This document shows, in pieces, positions 49,874 through 64,000 of a DNA stretch of 64,000 nt. The notes below the pieces were generated by a model. That model did not search any database. It was not told where the DNA came from and was given only the letters and a program-made list of their open reading frames with translations. The translations under genes were made by a program, and so were the position numbers. The stretch is from positions 44,764,001-44,828,000 of the forward strand of contig NC_047015.1 of NCBI RefSeq assembly GCF_902652985.1. The letters run 5' to 3'. Source of the stretch: Pecten maximus. Lineage: Eukaryota. Positions within the stretch are counted from its first letter, which is position 1. Each line of letters starts with the position of its first letter.

Positions 49874-52800
49874 ATGTTGTGTCGAAGAAACGTTGAACGT
49901 TTGAAAATGATGTTCCATCGCTGGCCATCATACAGTTTGCGATCATGGCCACGTTCAATACGAAAGTTATTGTCTATAGGGGTATTTATAGTAATAATCT
50001 TGGTTATAATTCTGTCTTATCAATTAAAGATCATCGGAAGTAGTCGTCGAAAAGTGAACCCACCTCAGCCATCCATTACTTGTCGATTTGATCATTCTCA
50101 TAAATCATTAGTCAAGCCCAAGAACCATAACTCTCGTGATAGTAGACATGTATCTAAACGTGTGTTAGTACTTGTGGAATCTCCGTACACCAGTCTCGCA
50201 AAGCATATCATTACTGTGTTAGAGGCAGCTAGGATCGAATATAAAATTGAAAACACAGGCAGAAACCTGCCAACATTGACACACTTTGACAAAAGTAAAT
50301 TTGGTGTGATCATTTTAGAAAACTTAGAGGCATATGTGAATATGGACAACTGGAATAGACAACTTCTCGACAAATATTGTCGCGATTACAAAGTCGGCAT
50401 GATTATATTTGTTCATTCTGTAGATGAGTATGGAATAGATAGAGAAAAAGTGCCTGGGTTTCCTTTATTATTGAGGTACAATATGGCTTTAAAAGACTAT
50501 ACACTGAATTTATTTAGTGACATTTGGAGAATAACGCGTCCTGGAGAGATTTGGGAGGGAACTCTTCAACAAGACGATTGGACTGTCTTTGAATTCAATC
50601 ACTCGACGTATGAACCTTTGGCGTATGCGAAAGCAGCACCCCCACCTTTCCTGGATGCCGGATACCAGGTGGACAACAGGACACTGGTCAGTGTGTTACA
50701 GGACCGAGGCACATTTGATGGTATACAGAAAGTGTTCTTTGGTAATGGACTGGACTTCTGGTTACACATTCCGGTCTTACTGGATGTACTTTCCTATCTG
50801 TCTCATGGTAAACTTAGTCTTCCGTTGGAACGGTTTCATCCAGATTGACGTCGATGATATCTTTGTCGGGATTACTGGTACCAGAATGACACCTGTTGAT
50901 GTAGAGGTAAGACAGCTTTCTTTACTGAAGTCAAACATAAGAAAATGTACGTTAATAAGTTTACTAATCATTTGGTATTTTGTAAAGCAGTTTCTTGTAA
51001 TTGTATGATGTGGCCATCAAATACAGATTTTTTGTTGATTTAATTGATCATAAATACACATGCATTAAAACACCTAAAAGGGTACTGATTATGCTTACCG
51101 GGGTGTATATATATACTAAGCGGGCTCATTTGAGGACAACATGGTTTGAAACTTTAACACTAGGGGAGGGAGCTTATTTGAGGGTACATATATCAATATA
51201 TATGATATCAAACTTCAACACTGGGGGAGGGGGCTTATTTGAGGATAAATACAGTATGAAACTTTAACACTAGGGGAGGGGGCTTATTTGAGGATAAATA
51301 CAGTATGAAACTTTAACACTAGGGGAGGGGGCTTATTTGGGGATAAATACAGTATGAAACTTTGACACTAGGGGAGGGGGCTTATTTGAGGATAAATACA
51401 GTATGAAACTTTAACACTAGGGGAGGGGGCTTATTTGAGGATAAATACAGTATGAAACTTTGACACTAGGGGAGAGGGCTTATTTGAGGATAAATACAGT
51501 ATGAAACTTTGACACTAGGGGAGGGGGCTTATTTGAGGATAAATACAGTATGAAACTTTAACACTAGGGGAGGGGGCTTATTTGAGGATAAATACAGTAT
51601 GAAACTTTAACACTAGGGGAGGGGGCTTATTTGGGGATAATTACAGTATGAAACTTTAACACTAGGGGAGGGGGCTTATTTGGGGATAATTACAGTGTGA
51701 AACTTTAACACTAGGGGAAGGGGCTTATTTGGGGATAAATACAGTGTGAAACTTTGACACTAGCTAGGGGAGAGGGCTTATTTAAGGATAAATACAGTAT
51801 GAAACTTTGACACTAGGGGAGGGGGCTTATTTGAGGATAAATACAGTATGAAACTTTAACACTAGGGGAGGGGGCTTATTTGAGGATAAATACAGTATGG
51901 GGGGGGGGAGGGAGAATTAATTTAGGATAAGGGTAAGTATAAACTTTGAAGTTTTGTCTCGCCTGCAATGAAGTTGCGAAGCAAGACCATGGTGTTACTT
52001 TTCCGACAGCAGGGGCATCATCGCTTCACTTGTAAGTTTAGCATTTAGATTTGTTGCCCAAACTTTAAACCAAACTTGGTATATAGTTAGATCACATAGT
52101 TGACATCTCAACACAACCTTCATTTGCAGAATATCATCCAGAATTCATGGTCCAGTAATTCTGGAATTTAGCCAGGGGTGCTGGGAATCTGGACTTTTAA
52201 AGTTTTGTGTTTAGGTGATCAGTTTCTCAAAAGTATCAATGTTATTTCAACCAAACCTGGAATGTATTTGTATTTAATTGTACATATCAACACACCCTAC
52301 AGTTTACATGAATTTTGTTTTTTTTGCTCTAATTTTTGGGTTAAAATCTTTAGATTTTGAGAAATTGGTATAAAATCTTCATTGCTTTCCATTTAGCCAA
52401 ACTGGAATAATGAATTCTATCATATATATCAGATGTATTTTCCTGATCACTTTGTGTGATTTTGGAGGTCTAGTGACAAATTTAGGTGAATTTTGAGAAA
52501 AGTAATTTTGCAATACATGATTTGTTTATTTTTATTTTTTTTTGCAATTTATCAATATTTTTTTTACACATGTCTTGATATATATAATTTTTTTGTGAAT
52601 TTTGGAGTTTGCTTAAAATTTTCTCTATTGACAATGCGGGACAGATGAGACATATACATGTACTTACTAGTCATAATCATCTCCTGAAGCTAGCTATAGG
52701 TTTCCAAAATTTCTACTGTTTAAAATCTTCAAGGGCTGTTCTCGTTTTGGTTTTATTTGTGCCGATACCTCCAGATACGTGGTACGGTGGACATGATATT

Positions 52801-55800
52801 AGGTCATGGCGATTTTTTCTCCTCCATTTCTTTTATTCTGAAACTAAGCTAACCTGAGAAAGTGCAGTCAAATTTTAATACTAGGGATTTGGATGGTCGT
52901 AAGAATACATTAATCACTGTTAACGTTGTAAGGTGTGAGTAATCACAACTTCGAAATCTGAGAGTTATATTCGTTCTCAATTTGTTAACTCGGAGCACAG
53001 ACCATGCCTAAATTAATGCAACCCTTGGAATTATTAATTAGTGAATTCCTAACTGGCAAAAATAGAAAAAAAAGGAAACAAAATCACCGCCTTCGTTAAT
53101 AAAGTATAAAATTGTGTCCTAATTATGATATGAGAGTGTAATCCAAGATATTAAGTTCGGTAATAAATTGTTGATTTATCCAGTTTCCCTGGATCTCTTG
53201 ATATATTTATGCTGACAGACTATAAGAAATAGTTTATTTGGGTGTGTGTAACTCAATTTGTTTCAAGAATGTGCTGAGATATTGTGTATTTGAACCTATG
53301 ATATTATTTAGCTAGATGAAATTTTGCCGTGTGTGTATTATATATATGTAGGGGTTAACCAAACTCTAAAATCTACTGCACCAAGGGGCTAACTAGCAGG
53401 TCTAACTAGCCCAGGGAATCCACAGGTCTGGCATCAGCATGTGATCAGCTGGAAATTAGCCAGCAGTGTGAGAGGTCTTCCTGTAGTAGGAATCTAATAA
53501 CATTTAAAATATTTAATGTGTTTGCAGTGAGAAAGCCAATATTGCTTGGAGGTAACTATAAATAATCAAAATAAAAGAAACTTCAGGGGTCCAGTTTCAC
53601 CCAATTCAACTGCAGCTGTTATTTAGGATACTAATTACATTTTGTTGAGGAATTTCTTTTTGTCTGTACATTAAAACCTGTCTTGTGAGACCAATGCTTT
53701 TGTATATATACTTCACAACCTGTCTTGTGAGACCAGTCCTTCTGTGTGTACATTACAACCTGTCTTGTGAGACCAGTCCTTCTGTGTGTACATTACAACC
53801 TGTCTTGTGAGACCAGTCCTTCTGTGTGTACATTACAACCTGTCTTGTGAGACCAGTCCTTCTGTGTGTACATTATAACCTGTCCTGTGAGACCAGTCCT
53901 TCTGTGTGTACATTACAACCTGTCTTGTGAGACCAGTCCTTCTGTGTGTACATTACAACCTGTCTTGTGAGACCAGTCCTTCTGTGTGTACATTACAACC
54001 TGTCTTGTGAGACCAGTCCTACTGTGTGTACATTATATTAGGGCTGGGACGATACAGTGATTGCACGATCCGATAAGATCACGATACCTCCCCTACGATC
54101 CGATACGTATCACGATACTTTATTTATGGTATTGTCAAAGCAATGAACAACTTCAGTGTGTGATTTTTTTCAAATTTTAAACACAAAGTTCGACAAGTAA
54201 CAAAACCATTTTAAACAGTACTTTTAACCTCTTGCCATAGGCTCAATCATTTGAGTATTGCATGAATTGACTAGTGAACTGAGGAAACATAAAAATGCAT
54301 TGTATCTTGACTAGTAGAATAAAAGAAAATTTCAACATATCTGGACTTGAAGAATAAAACATTAACTAATATGTAATACATGATGTAATACATGGAGCTC
54401 TATATTGTCACAGATTCAGAACTACCTTGCATGTGGTTTTTGTTTTGTCAGTCTTCCTGATGCCACTGCCATCTTTGTTTTTATAAACAGGCTGACCGAA
54501 CGTCTTCCACACGGACGATTTTGTGCCTTGCGGCGTAACTAACTCATCACAGTCGTCCATTTATAAACACATTTAGTCTAGCAATGGTTTTGTAATCTAC
54601 TATTTGATTGGCTAACCATGAAACAGTCATAGTGAAACGACCAATCAAACGCTTCCTAACATAGTGCCCCATTCCCGGAAACGAGACTCGCAAGTACTTT
54701 CACTTTAAGAATTTCGATCTTTCTGTGTTTTTTTACAATTATTTTACTTTAAAAGCTTTGTTTAATGGATTTCAAATGATAATATGAAGCAATGCGTTTT
54801 GTTTTTCACAAAAATATAGTGGATCGATACCGTATCGTAATAGGCTTCTTTGGATCGATACTTGTATCATGTTGAAGTGTACCGCGATTCACCGATGCAT
54901 CGGTGTATCGTCCCAGTCCTACATTATATAATTACAACCTGTCTTGTGAGACCGGTTTTATTAGCTCACCTGCCCAAAGGGCAAGTGAGCTTATGCCATG
55001 GCGCGGCGTCCGTCGTCCGTCCGTCCGTCCGGCGTCAACTTTTCCATTCAAGCAACTTCTTCTCAATAACCAAATTTAAAAAGCCCAGAGACCTAATATT
55101 GAGTCTGTAGCATGCTGGGGTGAAGGGCTACCAAGTTTGTTCAAATGAATAACGTTGACCTTCATTCAAGGTCACAGGGGTCAAAAAGGCTTAAATCTTT
55201 AAACGACTTTTTCTCAATAACCAAGAGTCCCAAGGAGTTGATATTGGGTCTGTAGCATGCTGGGGTGAAGGGCTACTAAGTTTGTTCAAATGAATGACCT
55301 TGACTTCATTCAAGGTCACAGGGGTCAAATATGCTAAACAAAATTTAAACAACTTCTTCTAAATAACCAAAAGACCCAAGGACTTGATATTGGGTAAGTA
55401 GCATGCTGGGGTGAAGGGCTACCAAGTTTGTTCAAATGAATAAAGTTGACCTTCATTCAAGGTCACAGGGGTCAAAAAGGCTAAAATCTTTAAACGACTT
55501 TTTCTCAATAACCAAGAGTCCCAGGGAGTTGATATTGGGTCTGTAACATACTAGGGTGAAGGGCTACAAAGTTTGTTCAAATGAATGACCTTAACCTTCA
55601 TTCAAGGTCACATGGGTCAAAAAGGCTAAAATCTTTAAACGACTTCTTCTCAATAACCAAGAGTCCCAGGGAGTTGATATTGGGTCTGTAGCATGCTAGG
55701 GTGAAGGGCTACAAAGTTTGTTCAAATGAATGACCTTGACCTTCATTCAAGGTCACAGAAGTCAAAAAGGCTAAAATCTTTAAACGACTTCCTCTAAATA

Positions 55801-58800
55801 ACCAAGAGCCCCAGATACCTAATATTTGGCCTGTAGCATGCTTGCGTGAAGTGCTACCAAGTTTGTTCAAATGAATGACCTTGACCTTCATTCAAGGTCA
55901 CAGGAGTCAAAAAGGCTAAAATCTTTAAATGACTTCTGCTCAATAACCAAGAGTCCCAGCTGGGAGTTGATATTGGGTCTGTAGCATGCTGGGGTGAAGG
56001 GCTACCAAGTTTGTTCAAATGAATGACCCTGACTCACATTCAAGGTCACGTCAATCAAGTATGCTTAAATCTTTAAATAACTTCTGAATAGCCAAAGTGC
56101 CGAGAGACATTATATTTGTCCTGTAGCATGCTTTCAAATAACTGCAGGATCTATATATGAAAAGATCACTGCATTGCAGGTGAGAGATTCGGGCCCATTG
56201 GGCCCTTGTTTTATGTGGGTTTATATCCTTTTGTTAATTGCCTCATATTCTACTTCCGTAGTAGAAATATAATTCATTTTTCCTCCTTGAGAGAAACTAA
56301 TACACATGCGTGCATAATTTCATAAAGTACAGTCAATTAAGGTTTAAATGTTGTATTATACTGTTGTTACAGAATTACAAATTCCATCTTTTAGCTTTAA
56401 TCTTTTTACTGTTATATACCATTAATGGTATGAGAACATCAACTTTTATGTTTGAATTTCAAAGTTTTAGTTTCATTATATTCTTATGAGATAAATTGGT
56501 TGAAAATTGTAACCGGAACAATATATCATTACTGGTAAAATTTTAATTCAGGAGCAACATATATATATATTAAAAGGAAACTTTTAAGTAATGCTGTCTC
56601 AATGGAAGAAATTTGCAGACAATCTATTATTCCATATGGTTATATTATCTCCTAAATTATAAAAACGATCCCATCCATGGAAACAGAATATTATGTTGTT
56701 ACTTGCACACAATTATATAATCAAAATTTTGGGAAATTTTCACAAAAAAAACACTTGTTATATATGTATAGGCATATGCAATCACTCCAAGTTGACTACA
56801 GCTACAAAAGTTTTTTTTTTTTAATAAATAAATAATGCTGTATTTCAGAAAGCTTTTGAAGTAAGAATCAAAATTTAAATCCTCTTTAAATATACAAATA
56901 TGATCTAGAGCCATCATTGGCAGAGTGTCAGTAACCAAGAAACGTTTCATATTGATCTTTGATTTGAAATATAAAATGTCATGAAATACAAATTACGTCA
57001 AATTGGTTAGTATTATTTGATATTGTTCATATCAAGTAAAGTTACTTTATATATCATTCCGATTATATTTTTGAAAAACTCACTCAAAAGGCAGTAGCTG
57101 TATAGTTATAATCACTGAAATGCTTCCAATGCTTGTCTGATATAATCAGATAGGGAGAAATCTAAAGTACGCTGTGGTGATATCATTCTCTCTCTTACTG
57201 ATTGATACTGCTGGGTAATTGACTCAACTTGTACGATGTAACGTACAACTGGAGAATCAATATTGATTGTGCTGATTAAGATTTGCTGTCAGATGTACCT
57301 GCTATAAAGTACAAGCTGACTGGTAGTACGTGGTACCCATGTCTCTCTGATCTTTGTGGAATCTACACAGAAATTCCCTTAGGAATATTGCTATCTTTTG
57401 TAAAAATTATACAGGAAAACAAAGAAAATGGGGTACCCAATAGGTTATATTTCAGACAATGAAAAACTCTTGATGTCAAATATTTCGGTCAAAGATTCAA
57501 AGCTCACAATTGTAATATAAAGTAATTAGTCATTACAAATTATTGATGCTCTTCTCAAGAATTACAGGTATATATAGCACTATCCTGCTTAATTTACTAG
57601 GGTCAAAGGTCAATATATATCAATGAAGATATTTTATAAAACCCATAAATATCCTGCATCATACCTATAACTGCCAGCCGCTATACACTATCATGTGCTC
57701 TTTTCAAAGCACTCAAGCTTAAGGTCAAAATAGTTTGAAGGAATATGATTTCTTTAATATTAAATATATTTCAATACATTTTGAAAGTAAAAACTTAACA
57801 GATGTTGACATTAGAAACTGTAAGCAGATCTTGTTACTTGATACTTGAATTGATGCAAGAAACTTATGAAATCTGAACACTTTTTTTGATTTCTTTAGTT
57901 TCTTGATCAGCAGATTAAAACTGATACATGCTATACAAAATATCCCATTGTTACGGGGACCACGATAGCTCAGTCGGTTAGAGTGCCGACCACATATCTC
58001 AGATGAAGATTTGAGGTGCTTGGTTTGACACTCCCTACCCCTGTCGGTTTGTGATTCTAAGGAAGCTGAGGGCAAAATAGGAAGCTATGAAATTAAAAAC
58101 AGGCCGGTCTGTGCTGTCGTGGTTATGTCCTTGTGCAAGACGCTTTGCCCTAATTGATCTGGATGGCATGCGATGGGCCTCCTGTATGTTATTCATTCAA
58201 GTACTGGTCACCAACTACTACAAAGAGACCCCGCCTCAAAATAACACTGGCTGTGTGTTCACACCAGGAAACAAACAAACCCATAATGGGGATTGTTATT
58301 GTGACTTAATAGCAGGTGGGAGAGGCATGTCTACTTGAGAATTCCCAGACTACTGTAACAATCAGGAATCCATGTGTGTTGGTATATCCTGTAGTCAATA
58401 TATTGTCATTGGATGTAGCATCTTCATTACATGGAGAGTTTTAAATTAGGAAGAGTTTTAAATTACAGGGTGCTTTAATTCAGTCTAACAGTAGACAGTT
58501 ATTTCAGTAATACAATTAGATGGTGCACAAGAGTGGGCTCACTAGGGCTGATGTGTTTTCTCCTCCCTGGGTGTATATATATATGATCCCGTATAATGGA
58601 ATGCGTAGAGGACTCGTAGGTGTCTCATTGTGCGTTGGGATAGCATTAAAAAAAACTATATCAGCAAAATCTTTTAAAGTGTTATACTTAATAGTAGAGT
58701 AATTTGATATTTAGTATTTTGTCTCCTATATAGATGAAATCAATTGGATTTTTATATCACCTTGAAACACATTGAATGGTATTACTCAAATGAAATGCTA

Positions 58801-59716
58801 TATACATTTTTATATATATATTGTATCATAGGATTGAGCAGGCTCTACATCTTCTGTTTAATTCATCAAAGATAATTTCAATGAAAAATCTTGAGAACCT
58901 TCCTTCCTTAGTGATGAAGTTTGTAAGATTTATGTGGTATTTAGGTTTAAGTTTCCTCTGCATCGATCGTGTACATATTATATACATAATGCCAAAGTTT
59001 GACTTCGCTCTAGCACCTTCATTCCTTAGGGATTTTGATCATGTTTCACACAATGATAGAGGAATATAATATCTCAGACAAATTCAAGTTTCAGGGTTTT
59101 TGAATCAAGGTCACTATTACTATTTTTAGCAGGGACATGTGATTATTACTTGAGCAACACCAGTATATGCTTGTTAGGATATGAAATTTACTGTATACAC
59201 TAGCACTATCTCCATCTACATAACTAAATACAACTGATCATGAGGGATATATGTTGTAAATTAGAGAGAATACAAATGTTAATCAGTAAAATTATATTTC
59301 TACCTTAGTCAATTATGGTGTCACTCTGCATCCTACCCACATTATGTATGCATTTCCTCCCCCTTTTCCAGGATATCCACATGAACACACCATAATAAAA
59401 AAAAACACCTCCCCCTCCCAACCCCCAGACATTGATATTTCCTCCCCCTTCCACCCACAATACATTAAGCATATTCCCCCCCCCCTCCTCCCCAGTAAAT
59501 ATCAAATACCCCCCTCCCATCCTCTCAACAATATACTCTCACACAGCAAGATATATCTTTAACAAATCAATTGTTGCTGTTTTTGACAGGCTATGGTTCA
59601 AGCTCAAGAACGTCTTCAGAAGCAGGTTCAAGGGTTCAAGTTCAACCTTGGGTTCTCTGGATGGTTCTTTCAGCATGGCAACTCTCTGGAGAATGAAGGC
59701 GACCGTAAAATATTAG
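49874..59716 (+). CDS. NDST: Bifunctional heparan sulfate N-deacetylase/N-sulfotransferase, 5' part (exons 49874-50906 with a +1 frameshift at 50834-50836, and 59590-59716); continues beyond the window
   Basis: Type II membrane anchor (LLSIGVFIVIILVIIL), VLVLVESPYTSL, YVNMDNWNRQLLDKYCRDYKVGMI, DWTVF..NHSTYEPL, DGIQKVFFGNGLDFWLH, IQIDVDDIFVG, then FKFNLGFSG in the next exon. Phase-0 GT-AG intron between the exons. Confidence 0.93.
51145..51900. repeat. 49-bp G-rich minisatellite, ~14 copies
   Basis: gaaactttaacactaggggagggggcttatttgaggataaatacagtat. Confidence 0.95.
53662..54038. repeat. 40-bp minisatellite (~9 copies), resuming at 54930-54955
   Basis: cattacaacctgtcttgtgagaccagtccttctgtgtgta. 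Confidence 0.94.
54039..54921. mobile_element. 883-bp non-autonomous hAT element
   Basis: 18-bp TIR tagg[g/a]ctgggacgataca, 8-bp TSD cattatat (54031-54038 and 54922-54929), subterminal cgata repeats. Confidence 0.9.
54956..56211 (+). mobile_element. Complete non-autonomous Helentron (HINE/pearl-like) with ~7.5 x ~146-bp core repeats
   Basis: 5' subTIR agctcacctg with nearby inverted gtgagct, (gtcc)n microsatellite, core repeats, 3' caggtgag plus palindrome gggcccattgggccc, T-rich flanks. Confidence 0.88.
57955..58280 (+). mobile_element. Degenerate tRNA-derived CORE-SINE
   Basis: A box tagctcagtcgg, CORE-like gtccttgtgcaagacgctttgccct, (aaac)n tail. Confidence 0.7.
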
Positions 59717-60344
59717 GTTTGTATAACGCATGGAGCTTAATTGTGTAATATAAGTTGTCAACATTTGAGTGGACCATTGATGACAGTGTAAAGAGGTTTC
59801 ACTGTATATTAGATACAAATGAAAAAAAAACCAGAAGTTAATTATGTCCTTCTTTTTCATTTGAACAGATGAACTTGCTTTTGTGTCACTGTTAACACTG
59901 ATGACACCACAAGTGAACTTAACACAAATAAAAAGAGGCAATCAAACCCTCACATCCTGTATCTGCAATTATCTAGCAAGGTTCTGTTAAGCATTTTAAA
60001 GCATTTTTTCAGAAAATGAATACATACCTGTATTATCAAGGAAAGATAAAAGAAGAGGCTGTTTTTGACTTATAAACCTTTGGCCATGGATGGTTGTCTG
60101 TTGTACAAGTACTGCAGCCAGCTCTTTGATGTAGTATTAAGCTAAATGTACAAAATCTGGTGTCTGAATAAAAATATTTAATGGAGCGAGGAAAAGGAAT
60201 GTGTAGATTTCCTGCTGCCATTAATATTCCACTTGTTCACCATACAAATCTACATGGTGATATAGGAAGGCCTAACACACTCTATAAGATCTTATACTGA
60301 TGTAGGTTAACCAGGTACTGTCTATACCTCTATATCACTTATAA

Positions 60345-61047
60345 CCGATAAATATCCAATTATACTGATATACAATATATAAATACCCAATTATACTGAT
60401 ATATACCCAATTATACCGATATATACCCAATTATACTGATATATACCAAATTATACTGATATATATACCAAATTATACTGATATATACCAATTATATTGA
60501 TATATACCAAATTATACTCATATATATACCAAATTATACTGATATATACCAATTATATTGATATATACCAAATTATACTGATATATACATGTATACCAAA
60601 TTATACTGATATATACCAATTATATTGATATATACCCAATTATACTCATATATACCCAATAATACCGATATATACCCAATTATACTCATATATACCCAAT
60701 TATACCGATATGTACCCAATTATACTGATATATACCAAATTATACTGATATATACCAATTATATTGATATGTACCCAATTATACTGATATATCCCCAATT
60801 ATACCGATATATACCCAATTATACTCATATATACCCAATTATACCGTTATATTCCCAATTATACTGATATATATCCAATTATACTGATATATATCCAATT
60901 ATACTGATATATGTACCAATTATACTGATATATACCCAATTATACTGATATTTACCCAATTATACTGATATATACCCAATTATACTGACATACACAATTA
61001 TACTGTCATATACACAATTATACTGACATATACACAATTATACTGAT
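60345..61047. repeat. ~20-21-bp AT-rich minisatellite
   Basis: atatacccaattatactgat variants. Confidence 0.93.
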
Positions 61048-61084
61048 GTAGGTTAACCAGACAATGTCTATACCTCTATACCAC

Positions 61085-64000
61085 TTACACCATCTACACT
61101 TAAAGTGATGTAGGGAGTCACAACACTATCTACACTAATACTGATGTAGGGAGTCACAACACCATCTACACTTATACTGATGTAGGGAGTCACAACACCA
61201 TCTACACTTATACTGATGTAGGGGGTCACAACACCATCTACACTTATACTGATGTAGGGAGTCACAACACCATCTACACTAATACTGATGTAGGGAGTCA
61301 CAACACCATCTACACTTATACTGATGTAGTATAGTCACAACACCATCTACACTAATATTGATGTAGGGAGTCACAACACCATCTACACTTATACTGATGT
61401 AGGGAGTCACAACACCATCTACACTTATACTGATGTAGGGAGTCACAACACCATCTACACTAATACTGATGTAGTATAGTCACAACACCATCTACACTTA
61501 TACTGATGTAGGGGGTCACAACACCATCTACACTTATACTGATGTAGGGAGTCACAACACCCTCTACACTAATACTGATGTAGGGAGTCACAACACCATC
61601 TACACTAATACTGATGTAGGGAGCCACAACACCATCTACACTTATACTGATGTAGCTATATAGGAGTCACAACACCATCTACACTAATACTGATGTAGGG
61701 AGTCACAACACCATCTACACTAATGCTGATGTAGGGAGTCACAACACCATCTACACTTATACTGATGTAGGGAGTCACAACACCATCTATACTTATACTG
61801 ATGTAGGGAAGTCACAACACCATCTACACTTATACTGATGTAGGGAGTCACAACACCATCTACACTTATACTGATGTAGGGAGTCACAACACCATCTACA
61901 CTTATACTGATGTAGGGAGTCACAACACCATCTATACTTATACTGATGTAGGGAGTCACAACACCATCTACACTTATACTGATGTAGGGAGTCACAACAC
62001 CATCTATACTTATACTGATGTAGGGAGTCACAACACCATCTACACTTATACTGATGTAGGGAGTCACAACACCATCTACACTTATACTGATGTAGGGAGT
62101 CACAACACCATCTACACTAATACTGATGTAGGGAGTCACAACACCATCTACACTAATACTGATGTAGGGAGTCACAACACCATCTACACTTAATACTGAT
62201 GTAGGGAGTCACAACACCATCTACACTTATACTGATGTAGGGAGTCACAACACCATCTACACTATACTGATGTAGGGAGTCACAACACCATCTACACTAT
62301 ACTGATGTAGGGAGTCACAACACCATCTACACTTATACTGATGTAGGGAGTCACAACACCATCTACACTTATACTGATGTAGGGAGTCACAACACCATCT
62401 ACACTATACTGATGTAGGGAGTCACAACACCATCTACACTATACTGATGTAGGGAGTCACAACACCATCTACACTATACTGATGTAGGGAGTCACAACAC
62501 CATCTACACTTATACTGATGTAGGGAGTCACAACACCATCTACACTTATACTGATGTAGGGAGTCACAACACCATCTACACTTATACTGATGTAGGGAGT
62601 CACAACACCATCTACACTATACTGATGTAGGGAGTCACAACACCATCTATACTAATACTGATGTTAGGGAGTCACAACACCATCTACACTTATACTGATG
62701 TAGGGAGTCACAACACCATCTACACTTAATACTGATGTAGGGAGTCACAACACCATCTACACTTATACTGATGTAGGGAGTCACAACACCATCTACACTT
62801 ATACTGATGTAGGGAGTCACAACACCATCTACACTTATACTGATGTAGGGAGTCACAACACCATCTATACTTATACTGATGTAGGGAGTCACAACACCAT
62901 CTACACTATACTGATGTAGGGAGTCACAACACCATCTACACTTATACTGATGTAGGGAGTCACAACACCATCTACACTAATACTGATGTAGGGAGTCACA
63001 ACACCATCTACACTAATACTGATGTAGGGAGTCACAACACCATCTACACTTATACTGATGTAGGGAGTCACAACACCATCTACACTTATACTGATGTAGG
63101 GAGTGACAACACCATCTATACTTATACTGATGTAGGGAGTCACAACACCATCTACACTAATACTGATGTAGGGAGTCACAACACCATCTACACTTATACT
63201 GATGTAGGGAGTCACAACACCATCTACACTAATACTGATGTAGGGAGTCACAACACCATCTACACTAATACTGATGTAGGGAGTCACAACACCATCTACA
63301 CTATACTGATGTAGGGAGTCACAACACCATCTACACTTATACTGATGTAGGGAGTCACAACACCATCTACACTATACTGATGTAGGGAGTCACAACACCA
63401 TCTACACTATACTGATGTAGGGAGTCACAACACCATCTACACTAATACTGATGTAGGGAGGCACAACACCATCTACACTTATACTGATGTAGGGAGTCAC
63501 AACACCATCTACACTTATACTGATGTAGGGAGTCACAACACCATCTACACTAATACTGATGTAGGGAGTCACAACACCATCTACACTAATACTGATGTAG
63601 GGAGTCACAACACCATCTACACTTATACTGATGTAGGGAGTCACAACACCATCTACACTAATACTGATGTAGGGAGTCACAACACCATCTACACTATACT
63701 GATGTAGGGAGTCACAACACCATCTACACTAATACTGATGTAGGGAGTCACAACACCATCTACACTAATACTGATGTAGGGAGTCACAACACCATCTACA
63801 CTTATACTGATGTAGGGAGTCACAACACCATCTACACTAATACTGATGTAGGGAGTCACAACACCATCTACACTAATACTGATGTAGGGAGTCACAACAC
63901 CATCTACACTAATACTGATGTAGGGAGTCACAACACCATCTACACTATACTGATGTAGGGAGTCACAACACCATCTACACTTATACTGATGTAGGGAGTC
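61085..64000. repeat. 36-bp minisatellite (~80 copies), running off the window end
   Basis: tactgatgtagggagtcacaacaccatctacact[t/a]a, with 35-bp and 37-bp variants. Confidence 0.97.

Noticed and set aside
50589-51008. Separate 139-aa ORF or programmed frameshift in NDST
   Set aside because: It is simply the post-frameshift frame of the same exon, with no slippery heptamer or stimulatory structure.
51952-52650. Additional degenerate HINE-like element
   Set aside because: The 5' end (ttttgtctcgcctgc) is suggestive, but the sequence is too decayed to define boundaries.
61085-64000. CRISPR-like 36-bp repeats (also 48455, 38148, 19240)
   Set aside because: Head-to-tail tandem units without unique spacers, no cas genes, eukaryotic context.

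Overview
AT-rich, intron-rich eukaryotic DNA. The repeat families (V-, Meta- and CORE-type SINEs, Helentron-associated elements) suggest a bivalve mollusc; this is inferred, not proven. Three spliced + strand protein genes can be reconstructed by hand. (1) The 3' ~1644 codons (14 exons, 566-17623) of a USP54/USP53/echinus-family deubiquitinase. (2) An intron-containing, strongly divergent 134-aa histone H3 variant (21727-22008 + 24628-24750), which is the most unusual item in the window. (3) The first two coding exons of a heparan sulfate N-deacetylase/N-sulfotransferase (NDST; 49874-50906, 59590-59716) with a 1-nt frameshift. A decayed multi-Ig-domain pseudogene probably lies on the - strand at about 31.6-33.2 kb. 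The rest is minisatellites, SINEs, MITEs and foldbacks, often nested inside each other. One array is 41 copies of the USP54 splice donor, another is amplified from a SINE tRNA head, and another apparently from a transposon end. There is no CRISPR array, rRNA or bona fide tRNA. Most ORF-track entries are repeat artefacts.
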